A stretch of DNA of 64,000 nt. Source: Candidatus Omnitrophota bacterium (lineage in GTDB: Bacteria > Acidobacteriota > Aminicenantia > UBA2199). Location of the stretch: contig JBLMYT010000114.1 in the NCBI GenBank assembly GCA_050258455.1, positions 55,995-119,994 of the forward strand, read 5' to 3'. How positions within the stretch are numbered: the first letter of the stretch is position 1; each line of letters opens with the position of its first letter. Of this stretch, positions 37,201 through 44,400 are shown piece by piece. The translations under genes and the position numbers were made by a program. The notes below the pieces were generated by a model. The model saw only the letters and a list, made by a program, of their open reading frames with translations, was not told the origin of the DNA and did no database searches.

Positions 37201-39709
37201 GAACCGTTATGGAATTACAGTATTGCATATTACGCCCACGCATTTTCAGGCGCTCATTTTTTCGGGGAAGCGTTTACCGTCATTGCGTCATTTGTGTTTT
37301 GGCGCCGAAAAGCTTGCCCATGATTTGGTGGAGAAGAGCATTGAGGTTATCGAACCTCAATGCCGAATCTATAACATGTATGGTCCCACCGAAGCCACGA
37401 TTATGGCAGCGGTATTAACGATCGATCGGTCCAGGTTACCGTTTTACAGTCAGTTGTCCGGTGTTCCGATCGGAGAAAATCTGGGAAATAATGTCCTTTT
37501 CATATTGGACAGAAGTTTTAACTTGTGTCCGATCCATATCTTTGGCGAATTATACATCGGCGGTGACGGCGTTTCACCGGGATACTTAAACAACCCCGAA
37601 TTAACAGTTAAACGGTTTATCTCCGTGACCTCCGTGCGCTCCGTGAGAGACAAATTATATAAAACCGGGGATTTATGTCGATGGTTGGATGATGGAACCA
37701 TTGAGTTTTTGCATCGCATGGATGAGCAGGTTAAGATCAGGGGATTTCGCATTGAGTTGGGGGAGATTGAAAGTCGTTTATTAACGTGTGATCACATCAA
37801 AGAAGCCGTCGTCATTGTGAGAGAAAAGACGAGCGGCGACAAATATCTGGCTGCGTATGTGGTTTCGGATATTGAACTTTCGGAATCCGAATTAAACGAT
37901 TATTTATTAAAGACATTACCGGACTATATGGTCCCTTCTTCTTTTACGCAATTGGAAAAAATTCCGTTAAATCCCAATGGAAAATTGGACCGCAAAGCAT
38001 TACCTGAACCAGAGTGGAAAGGGGAGACCGGTTATGCGGCCCCGCAAAATGCTACGCAAGTCAAACTGGTAGAGATATGGTCCGATATCTTAAATGTCGA
38101 AGAAAATTCTATTGGCATAGACACCAATTTCTTTCAATTGGGAGGGCATTCATTGAAAGCAGTCCTCTTGCTTTCCAAAATCCATCAAGCGTTGAGTGTC
38201 AAACTCCCATTTATTCAACTCTTTAAAACCCCAACCATCAGAGAATTGTCCTCATATATAAAAGGGATGACGAAAGCGAAGGCGGAAGTCATTGAACCGG
38301 TGGAACAAAAAGAATATTACCGGCTGTCATCGGCTCAGAAACGGATTTTCTTCATGCAGCAATTGGATCCGGCCAGTACCACCTATAATATCCCGCAGGC
38401 CAATCTCATTCGCGGGCAATTGGACCTGGTCTTATTGGACTCCACCTTTTACCGTTTGTTGCAACGCCATGAGAGTTTGAGAACGTCGTTTGAGATGATC
38501 CATGAAGAACCGGCGCAACGCATTCATCCCGACGTGAGATTTAATATTGAATATTCTACCGGTAAACCCGGGCTTGGGAGCCCGGGTACCGGAGAACCGG
38601 TTGAGGATTTCACCCCTTACCTCGAAGGTTTTGTCAAACCCTTTGATTTGAGCCAAGCGCCCTTAATCCGGGTTAAAGTGGTCGAAATCGAGCGATTCAC
38701 GCATATCCTGCTGATCGATGTCCATCATATCGTCACCGATGGGGTATCCAATGGGATACTACTCAGGGATTTCGATTTTCTGTATCGGAATAAAGGCGCA
38801 GAATTACCGGAGTTACGGATCCAGTACAAAGAATATGCCGAATGGCAAGGCCGCAAGGATCAAAGACAAAGGTTAACGCAGCAGGAAAATTACTGGTTGC
38901 ATCAATTGGGGCACGGTATTCCGGTTCTTGATATTCCGACCGATTATCCCCGGCCGACCCCCCGAAGTCTAAAAGGCGATGCGATCCGGTGGGATATCGA
39001 TGAAACTTTGTCTGCCCGTATTCGGGCGTTCGTAAGCGATGTCGGTTGCACGTTAAATATTTTCTTCCTGGCTGTCCATCAGGTGCTATTGGCAAAATAT
39101 TCGAACCAAGAAGATATTATTGTCGGAACCGTATCCGCTGGCCGGCGACATGCCGATTTGGAACATACCGTTGGAATGTTTATCAACATGTTGGCTATCC
39201 GCAACCAGCCGTATAAAGAGAAAGTATTTAAAGACTTTTTGTTGGAAGTCAAACAACGGTCGATCGATGCGTATGAAAACCAGGATTACCAATTCGATGA
39301 CCTGGTCTTAAAATTGGGATTACAAAGGGCTCAGGACCGCACCCCCATATTTGAGACGGTATTTGTGGTTCAGAATCTTGAAATGGGGCACTCCCTTAAA
39401 CAGGACGGTCTCACCGCATCAGAGGAAATCAGTGTGTTGGAAATTCCCAGGAGCCAGTTGGAAAGCCAATACTATGATTTGATCTTTCAAGCCGAGGAAA
39501 GGCCGGACGTCATCAAAATGGTGCTGCTGTATGCCACGGCCCTATTCAAACGCTCCACTGCCGAATGGATCCAAAAACACTTTATGGACATTTTGGCCCA
39601 GGTGGTCAAACAACCGGATTTAAAATTAATGGATATTGAGATCACCCAACAATTTTTGAAAGCCGATTCCAACGTGATTAAAGATCAGCCATCGGATTTT
39701 CGATTTTAG
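28217..39709 (+). CDS. NRPS 2 (three modules): orphan C-lobe, then A-PCP-sulfotransferase, C-A-PCP, C-A-PCP and a final C
   Basis: There are three complete A domains, with A3 cores LAYIIYTSGSTGKPKGV, LAYVIYTSGSTGMPKGV and LAYIIYTSGSTGKPKGVF. The three PCPs are LGGNSLLG, LGGHSIKAS and LGGHSLKAV. The three C domains carry HHIISDGWS, HHIISDGTS and HHIVTDGVS. An embedded sulfotransferase domain has a 5'-PSB-like motif CPPRSGSTLL and a 3'-PB-like motif RNPYAVIHS. The RBS AGGAGGA lies inside the end of NRPS 1. The protein is 3830 aa. Confidence 0.9.
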   Translation: MAVDIHTLALYNTCEDYWLKTLNGVTLTPIFGDQSNNGISTRDSWRVAFPPGLSDSIHSMVRGEDTNAFLIFLTAFNILIYKYTHADDILIHTPDFRDEESKNSEDAMLFFRTHPGEDQIIRDLLNQFLSELNGAYENHQFLYESLLRRFNDNQNGDVNALSAFGLRYNRFNLESLRMEASHLFFSIEQRDHGIDLLIHYHTCSYTSDQIAQLARHYIHILASMVSNLDTPLHAIGIFSPEDKQKLMEFIGEEIEAPEEGKTFLARFERQVEDSPQSPALACGPVTLSYRALNERANQLARRLRHEAPLANDDSVALVMDRSPKMVESILAVWKCGAAYIPIDPSYPQERIDTIINDSGAKLMIRETGNISFKVEQTLKPATRVIYLDQIENDRLHEDKTNLCVPRHPGDLAYIIYTSGSTGKPKGVMIEQRGMMNHLHAKISEIQIDATSVIAQNASHCFDISVWQFFAALLVGGKTIIYSDQAVLNPTAFTRQLAEDGVNILEVVPSYLSVILDLIEDQQTGDALAGCRCLLVTGESVKPGLVNRWFKTFPGIRMVNAYGPTEASDDITHFVMDRFPGTGNIPIGKTLRNFRIYIVNSRMELCPVGVKGEILVSGLGVGRGYLNDIKKTTDAFMEDPFRPERGFRLYKTGDIGRYLPDGNIEFFGRKDYQVKVRGYRIELEEIENKLSRLDGIRDAAVVEKDSKNKGDGMYLCAYITLRDGVRTRTEEIKTELARTLPHYMIPAFIVVLDALPLTPNGKLDRKALPDPDESGIGDVAYVAPRNAIEIKLAEIWRQVIGVEQIGIHDNFFALGGNSLLGIRIVNKIQEWLHETVHVTILFLAPTIEQLAVKLESYRQEKETRINEADIAELRSLMPPLPPLPSHLVRPGKTPPVLFILCPPRSGSTLLRVILAGHPGLFAPQELQLLSFNTLTERKAALSGTYSLYLEGVIRAIMEMKAIGADQAKQIMEAFEAQGMTVQEFYGILQHWLGETMLVEKTPQYAYDINVLQRAEAYFDSALYIHLVRNPYAVIHSYENARLDQLFEYPHRFSTRELAELLWVICNQNILQFLETIPAGRKYRMEYEELVGNPESVVSRMCEHFGLEFDRGMLDVYDDAGHRMTDGIYAESKMLGDVKFFSHTSIDTTSVEKWKEKYTTEFLGQTAVDLAKYFGYLRGRHEYPTIEPAPEKEYYELSPAQRRLWLLDRLVENQIAYNMPGAYWVEGNLHIDVLEKSYAAAIKRHEILRTTFVSVEGPPRQKIHAFEAMGYRLDYLDLRTDPGREETAAYLIREEAAKPFNLEQGPLIRTRLIHMDANRYIFLFNMHHIISDGWSMHGLMKEIIAYYDAYATNSAESLEPLRLQYKDYSEWMTRESTQRVLQQQEKYWLDQFAEDIPVLSLPTDYARPAIMSFEGHTVNFDFTAQETGELTKVARSEGVTLFILLISIFNVFLSKVSGEEDIIIGTPVAGRNHPDLEHILGMFVNTLALRNYPRGEMTFIRFLHHLKTLMLEAFENQDYPFETLVEKLEITRDTSRNPLFDVMFTIQDIYESDRGLNQFSDLKIKPYAFDHRISKFDLLLATFETDGRVCFVFEYCTALFREGTIQRFIQYVKAIARSIIQDPAIRISDMEIITPEEKRQIISDFNRTQAAYPSDKTIEMLFEDQVKKTPDCIAVIGSTVSLPKPVETLCTAFLHLTYKELNERSDRLAYELIQKGVEPDAIVGIKIERSIQMIIGIFAILKAGGAYLPIDPDYPQERIEYMLKDSQAHLLVTHCLGAAPCIGPGVINPELPSVPAVSAVREKSNLAYVIYTSGSTGMPKGVVVKREGFLNLLYWYINEFNINPNDNVLLIASVSFDLAQKNVFSSFMVGGCLTLASPGLPDYSTLSKLIQKAPITLINCAPSVFYPLVEFNRNSGFTDLNTLRWVILGGEPILIEKLLPWMDSESYRCQIANTYGPTECTDIASCYRIPNEKIRDLKSIPIGKPVSNVAVYILGKYREILPVGVVGELYIGGIGVSQGYYNNRQLTEEKFLELSHLPESKIYRTGDMGRWLDDGNIEFLGRVDDQVKINGMRIELGEIEHVLLSHNEIKDAVVIVHKKEKTDYYLCAYIISHKNLSIADIQEYLSYRLPQYMIPTHFIQLEHIPLTPSGKVDKRSLPDPEMGSTRSYIAPENAVEKEMVKIWAEVLGMAKDRISMDDNFFQLGGHSIKASLLVSQIRKAFDVNISLSDIFRISTVRGLSHQIKGSVKEKYLSIPPAEKKEYYELSSAQRRLYILHQMDEKGINYNISSVFLLEGEIDKDRFEGTFRQLIDRHESLRTSFPMVGNEPMQRIHDDVEFEINYLATEFTGDTEGEGKKVSGIENFIKFFDLSKAPLMRVELMRVDDNTHLLAVGMHHIISDGTSMNIVVQDFMAFYKGEELPEVQIQYRDFSEWQKRENQKELRKQQEAFWLNEFEGEIPVLDLPADFLRPSIQSFEGRRVQFELDKETTGLLKALALETGATLYMMLLALYNVFLSKICNQEDIVIGSPIAGRSHSDLEKVVGMFVNTLALRNYPIGEKVFTDFLEEVKGNILRDFENQEYPYEELVERVLVNRDTGRNPLFDTMFVLQNADMQSLAIPGLVLTPYEYENHVSKFDLTLSAIEKEDRLCFTFEYSTKLFKRETIERFISYFKNIVNGVIENRARTLSNFEIITEEEKNHLLYDFNHTEVEYTKDKTIQQLFEERACRGWDRIALVGAISGIGAASGVCPQLSYAELNERSNRFAYELIQKGVGPDVIVGIKIERSIEMIIGILGVLKAGGAYLPIDPGLPQERVDYMLNDSRAKFIFLTEHTGDTGGSGVEVETLRSWEVKKAVFLDPFNLSVCPAGAHTGAPLRNSESISLLDQLNLSSSQPLNFFPSSVPPVSSVRNHSNLAYIIYTSGSTGKPKGVFIRHSNICPLLHWGYEHLALTSDDRSVQNLSYYFDWSVWEIFIALTSGAGLHMVSNELIMDGVSYADYMNRYGITVLHITPTHFQALIFSGKRLPSLRHLCFGAEKLAHDLVEKSIEVIEPQCRIYNMYGPTEATIMAAVLTIDRSRLPFYSQLSGVPIGENLGNNVLFILDRSFNLCPIHIFGELYIGGDGVSPGYLNNPELTVKRFISVTSVRSVRDKLYKTGDLCRWLDDGTIEFLHRMDEQVKIRGFRIELGEIESRLLTCDHIKEAVVIVREKTSGDKYLAAYVVSDIELSESELNDYLLKTLPDYMVPSSFTQLEKIPLNPNGKLDRKALPEPEWKGETGYAAPQNATQVKLVEIWSDILNVEENSIGIDTNFFQLGGHSLKAVLLLSKIHQALSVKLPFIQLFKTPTIRELSSYIKGMTKAKAEVIEPVEQKEYYRLSSAQKRIFFMQQLDPASTTYNIPQANLIRGQLDLVLLDSTFYRLLQRHESLRTSFEMIHEEPAQRIHPDVRFNIEYSTGKPGLGSPGTGEPVEDFTPYLEGFVKPFDLSQAPLIRVKVVEIERFTHILLIDVHHIVTDGVSNGILLRDFDFLYRNKGAELPELRIQYKEYAEWQGRKDQRQRLTQQENYWLHQLGHGIPVLDIPTDYPRPTPRSLKGDAIRWDIDETLSARIRAFVSDVGCTLNIFFLAVHQVLLAKYSNQEDIIVGTVSAGRRHADLEHTVGMFINMLAIRNQPYKEKVFKDFLLEVKQRSIDAYENQDYQFDDLVLKLGLQRAQDRTPIFETVFVVQNLEMGHSLKQDGLTASEEISVLEIPRSQLESQYYDLIFQAEERPDVIKMVLLYATALFKRSTAEWIQKHFMDILAQVVKQPDLKLMDIEITQQFLKADSNVIKDQPSDFRF
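36739..36950. repeat. Second, longer copy of the MITE/REP-like element, in frame in the A2-A3 loop of NRPS-2 module 3. It contains the palindrome GGGCGCACACACGGGTGCGCCCCTAC at 36805-36830 and a duplicated TTTTAGATC..CTTAACCTCTCA segment.
   Basis: The 26-mer at 36739-36764 is identical to 25321-25346, and the 28-mer at 36804-36831 is identical to intergenic 9861-9888. A repeated segment (CTTTTTAGATCCTTTTAACCTCTCAG ... CCTTTTAGATCAACTTAACCTCTCAT) flanks the palindrome and resembles a target duplication. Translation stays in frame as VCPAGAHTGAPLRNSES. Confidence 0.55.
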
Positions 39710-39744
39710 AGAAATGTGATATAAATAGTGAAGGAGTTTTTAAC

Positions 39745-41433
39745 ATGAAAACGTTCAAGGACAGCAAAATACTTTTGGTGTTACTGCCTTTTTGGACCCC
39801 TTTGATTCCCCCTCCGGGAATCGCCGGTCTTAAAAGTTTTCTTCAGGGATACGGCTTTCGCGTCAAAGCCGTGGATGCCAACATCGAACCCGAATTTAAA
39901 TACATACACGATAAATATTTTGATACCTTAAGAGCCATGCTTCCCGAAGATAAATGGGGAAATTTTTTCAAGGTGGGTTATGAAGTATTACGAAATCATC
40001 TGATGGCTCATATCAATCATACCGAGCCCGGGCAATATATCGCGTTGGTCAAATTGTTGATATATCGAAATTATTACGTCAATGTGAACGATCATCAGGT
40101 GTTTGGATTAAATGGAATCCTGGATGAATTTTATGCCCGGCTGGAAACGTATGTTTCGGGCCTATTGGAAAAGGAGACGCCTGATGTATTGGGGGTATCG
40201 ACCACAGTCGGAACGCTCCCGGCCACGATGGTTGCCTGTGAAGTTACCAAACGGAAGTACCCCCACATCATGACGGTAATGGGCGGGTGTCTCTTTTCCT
40301 GGAGTTTGCATCAATCGCCTGACTTTGATGTTTTATTGGAAAAAGTTCCTTATATCGATAAAATTATTATTGGGGAAGGGGAGCAGTTGTTCTTGAAATT
40401 ACTTCAAGGCGAGCTCCCGGCATCTCAACGGGTGTATTCCCTTCAAGACATCGATGGAAAAGAACTGGACATTTCCCAGGCCACGATTCCCGATCTTTCG
40501 GACTTCGATTTGCAGGCCTATCCCTACCTGGTGGCTTCCGGCTCCATCGGATGTTCGTTTCAATGCGGCTTTTGTAATTTCCCCTCGTTGTATGGAAAAT
40601 ACAGAAAAAAAGAGGCCAAACGGATTGTTGACGAAATGACTGCGTTATACAGGGCCTATAAGTCTCAGATCTTTTTTATGAGCGATTTACTCATAAATCC
40701 GATTTTGCCTGAACTGTCAACTGAATTACTCAAATCCGAACGCATGTTTTATTGGGATGTGCATATGCGGTTGGATGAGCCCGTGACCAATCCGGAAAAT
40801 ACCCTCTTGTGGCGGCGTGCCGGTTTGTATCGGGCCCGGTTGGGGTTGGAGAGCGGGTCGCAGCGCGTGCTGAATTTGATGAATAAAAAGATTACCGTGG
40901 ACCAGGCCAAGGCCGCCATATCCAGCCTGGCGTATGCAGGGATCAAAACCTCGGTGTTCATCGTGGTAGGGTTTCCCGGGGAAACCGAAGCGGATTTCCA
41001 ACAAACCCTGGATTTTATCGAAGAAATGAAGCATGATATCTGGCACGTGGAAAGCACCCCGTTTCAGTATTTTTATACGGGCCAGGTCGAAGCCGACGAG
41101 TGGGCCAGGCACCGGAAACTCCTCTATCCCGCCGAATTCCGGGATATGTTGGTGACTCAAACCTGGATATTGGACTGCGAACCAACCCAGGAAGACACGT
41201 ATGACCGGGTCAATCGATTGGAAAAACATCTGCACCGATTGAATATACCCGATCCTTTTTCGTCCTTAGAGAATCATTACTACGCCGATGAACGTTGGAA
41301 ACGGCTTCATGAAAACGCTGTGCCTTCACTGGTGGAGTTTAAGAGTAATGACGACGTGGATGAGAAGAACAACATTAAGACATTGATCCTGGCGGAGAAA
41401 AAAACGCAGGAAAATGCAGCGTTTCGTTTTTAA
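39745..41433 (+). CDS. B12-binding radical SAM enzyme (class B radical SAM, probable methyltransferase)
   Basis: The N-terminal cobalamin-binding Rossmann domain is ILLVLLPFWTPLIPPPGIAGLKSFL ... IIIGEGEQLF. The radical SAM cluster motif is CSFQCGFC (CxxxCxxC). The RBS is AAGGAG. The protein is 562 aa. Confidence 0.85.
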   Translation: MKTFKDSKILLVLLPFWTPLIPPPGIAGLKSFLQGYGFRVKAVDANIEPEFKYIHDKYFDTLRAMLPEDKWGNFFKVGYEVLRNHLMAHINHTEPGQYIALVKLLIYRNYYVNVNDHQVFGLNGILDEFYARLETYVSGLLEKETPDVLGVSTTVGTLPATMVACEVTKRKYPHIMTVMGGCLFSWSLHQSPDFDVLLEKVPYIDKIIIGEGEQLFLKLLQGELPASQRVYSLQDIDGKELDISQATIPDLSDFDLQAYPYLVASGSIGCSFQCGFCNFPSLYGKYRKKEAKRIVDEMTALYRAYKSQIFFMSDLLINPILPELSTELLKSERMFYWDVHMRLDEPVTNPENTLLWRRAGLYRARLGLESGSQRVLNLMNKKITVDQAKAAISSLAYAGIKTSVFIVVGFPGETEADFQQTLDFIEEMKHDIWHVESTPFQYFYTGQVEADEWARHRKLLYPAEFRDMLVTQTWILDCEPTQEDTYDRVNRLEKHLHRLNIPDPFSSLENHYYADERWKRLHENAVPSLVEFKSNDDVDEKNNIKTLILAEKKTQENAAFRF

Positions 41434-41457
41434 ATATGTGGATACAGAGGAGAAGCA

Positions 41458-44400
41458 ATGAAGAATCAACGCCATCATGAGCTTGGAAATGTCGTGCTTG
41501 CAGCAAGACAATCGGAAAAAGAAAGAACGTACTGGAAAAATAAACTGGCGGGCGAATTACATCCCGGTCATTTTCCGTTTGATAAAAAACCAATGGGCCA
41601 TGTCCCCCGCCATCGGGATACCGTCCCATTTGAGATCGATGGGGACGTGTTCGCGAAACTCACCTGGATCATCAATGGGGCCGACACCTTACTCCATGTT
41701 ATTTTATGTTCGGTCGTGAAGGTATTACTTCATAAATATACAGGTAATACAGATATGATTATCGGTACACCGATTTATAAACAGGATATCGCAGGCGATT
41801 TTGTGAATACTATCTTGATTTTAAGAAATAAACTCGAAACGGCTATGAGTTTTAAGGACTTCTTGTTTCAGGTTAGAGACAGTCTTAATGAAGCCGTGGA
41901 GCATCAGAATTATCCGGTCGAAGGGATCTTCTATGACCTGGGGTTGCCCTACAACAGGGAGGACTGCCACTTGTTCGATACGGTGGTGATTCTGGAAAAT
42001 ATTCAAGCCTCCCACTATATCGACCACGTCAACCGGAATATTCTCTTCTCCTTTTTGCGGACCGATGGCGGGATGAACGGAACCATCGAATATAACACGA
42101 CCCTGTTTGAACGCCACACCATCGAGCGCATCCTGACCAGTCTCTTATTTATCATGCGCCAGGTCCTGTTTAATGTCACCATACCGTTGGATCAGGTGGA
42201 TGCCCTGACCGAAGACGAGAAGAAAACGCTATTAAGGGATTTCAATGGTCATGAAATCCAATATCCGAAGGAAAAAACGCTCCAGGATTTGTTTGAAGCG
42301 CAGGTCGAGACATCTCCGGACCGGGTCGCCGTGGTATACGACGGGCAAACATTAACGTACCGGGAATTGAACCGGAGGGCCAACCGTCTGGCCTGGTTAT
42401 TGAGGCATCAGCGGGTTGGCCCCAACGCTGTGGTCGGATTGATCAGCGAGCGGTCGTTAAATATGATTATCGGAATATGGGGGATTTTGAAATCCGGTGC
42501 TGCGTATTTACCCATTGACCCCTTATCGCCCACCAACCGCCTAATGGCCTTGGTACGGGACAGCGAGCCGTCTCATTTGGTTTTAACCGATAAGACGGTG
42601 GAACGACATTCGTACATGGCTTTCTTAAATCAGGATTTGGCCCATGTCAAGTTCATCAAAACGCCGCCCCGGCCGCCCATCGGCGAATTGGATATGCTGC
42701 CGTTCCCGGATCGTTCCCTGGTGGATTATGAGGTTTACAACCGGTATATTGGGCAGGCATTGGCCAAAAATAAAATGGTTCTTCAGGGATCCCGTGGGTG
42801 CCCGTTTAATTGTGCCTTTTGTCATAAGATATGGCCCAAAAAGCAAGTGAGCCGGTCCGCCGAAAATATCTTTGCGGAAATGCGCGTGTATTATGACATG
42901 GGGGTTCGCCGATTCGCTTTTGTGGATGACATATTTAATTTAAATATCGCTAATACATCGAGGCTATTCGACATGCTCATCGATCATCAGTTGAAGGTGG
43001 AATTATTCCTCGCGTTACGCGGGGATATCTTAACTCCCGAGTACATCGACCTCATGGTTCGAGCAGGGGCCGTGCGGATTACCATGTCACTGGAAACCGC
43101 CTCCGAACGCCTTCAAACCCTCATCGGCAAAAAGCTAAACCTTGACCGATTCCGGAAAAATATCGAGTACGTGTGTGAAAAGTACCCTCATGTTATCCTG
43201 GAGCTCAATACCCTGCATGGCATCCCGACCGAAACTCCCGAGGAAGCCCGCATGACCCTGGACTTTATTAAAGGGTTGAAGTGGCTCCATTTCCCCTATG
43301 TCCATGTCTTGAAAATTTATCAGAATACCGACATGGAAAAGATTGCCCTGCGAAGCGGTATTTCAAAAGAGGCCATTATCAGATCCGAAAATCTCGCCTA
43401 CCATGAGCTTCCGGAGACACTCCCGTTCGACAAAACGTTCTCGAAAAATTACCAGGCGGATTTTTTCAATAATTATTTCATGTCCAAAGAGCGTCTCCTC
43501 CGGGTGTTACCCTTCCAGATGAAGATTTTAACCGAAGACGAAATCGTACAGAAATACGACAGCTATGTGCCGGCGGATATTCATTCGCTTGACGATTTAT
43601 TGGCATATGCCGGCATTCGGAGAGACGAGTTGTCCATAACCCAATGTCGATCGGAAGAGCAAATCGCGATCCCGGATTTTAATCAAAAACTTCGGGCGGC
43701 TTTTCCTAAAACACCCCCCGCGGATTCGGCACAGGAATTGAAAATTTTACTCCTGGATTTATCCCAATTATTTACCGCCAATAAAAAGATGCTGTACGAT
43801 ATATTCGAGCCGCCGCTCGGGTTAATGAATTTATTGAGTTACGCGAGCCATCGATTGCCCGGTAAAATTAACGGGAAAATCGCAAAATCCCGGGTTGATT
43901 TTAATAATTACCGGGAGTTAAAAGCCCTTCTCGATGAATTTAAACCCGATGTTATCGGAGTTCGAACACTGAGTTTTTTCAAAGATTTTTTTCATCAAAC
44001 CATTGGGTTGATTCGTCAATGGGGAATTCAAACGCCAATTATTGCCGGAGGGCCTTACGTCACGAGTGATTATTTAACCATTCTGGCTGATCCGAATATC
44101 GATTTAATGGTCATTGGGGAGGGGGAGCTCACGTTCTGTGAGGTGATCGAGCGAATCATGGCCAATAACGGCCAGTTACCCGGACCTGAGGCGTTGCACC
44201 AAATCCCCGGGATCGTGTTTGCCACTCGGAGCGACAAAAACCAAACGGCCAGTCGCCCGCTTATTCAGATGGACGAAGTCATGAGATATACCCCGGATAT
44301 CCCGGATCATAATCCCCCGAGCATCAATCGGCCCGACGATCTATCCTATGTCATTTTTACTTCCGGCTCTACCGGTAAGCCCAAAGGCGTTAAGATCAGA

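Noticed and set aside
33540-37650. Possible CRISPR array or tandem-repeat locus suggested by the recurring CTCCGTG and TTAAGAAGTT repeats
   Set aside because: The repeats are short, irregularly spaced and inside a continuous NRPS reading frame. There are no regular repeat-spacer units and no cas genes in the window.
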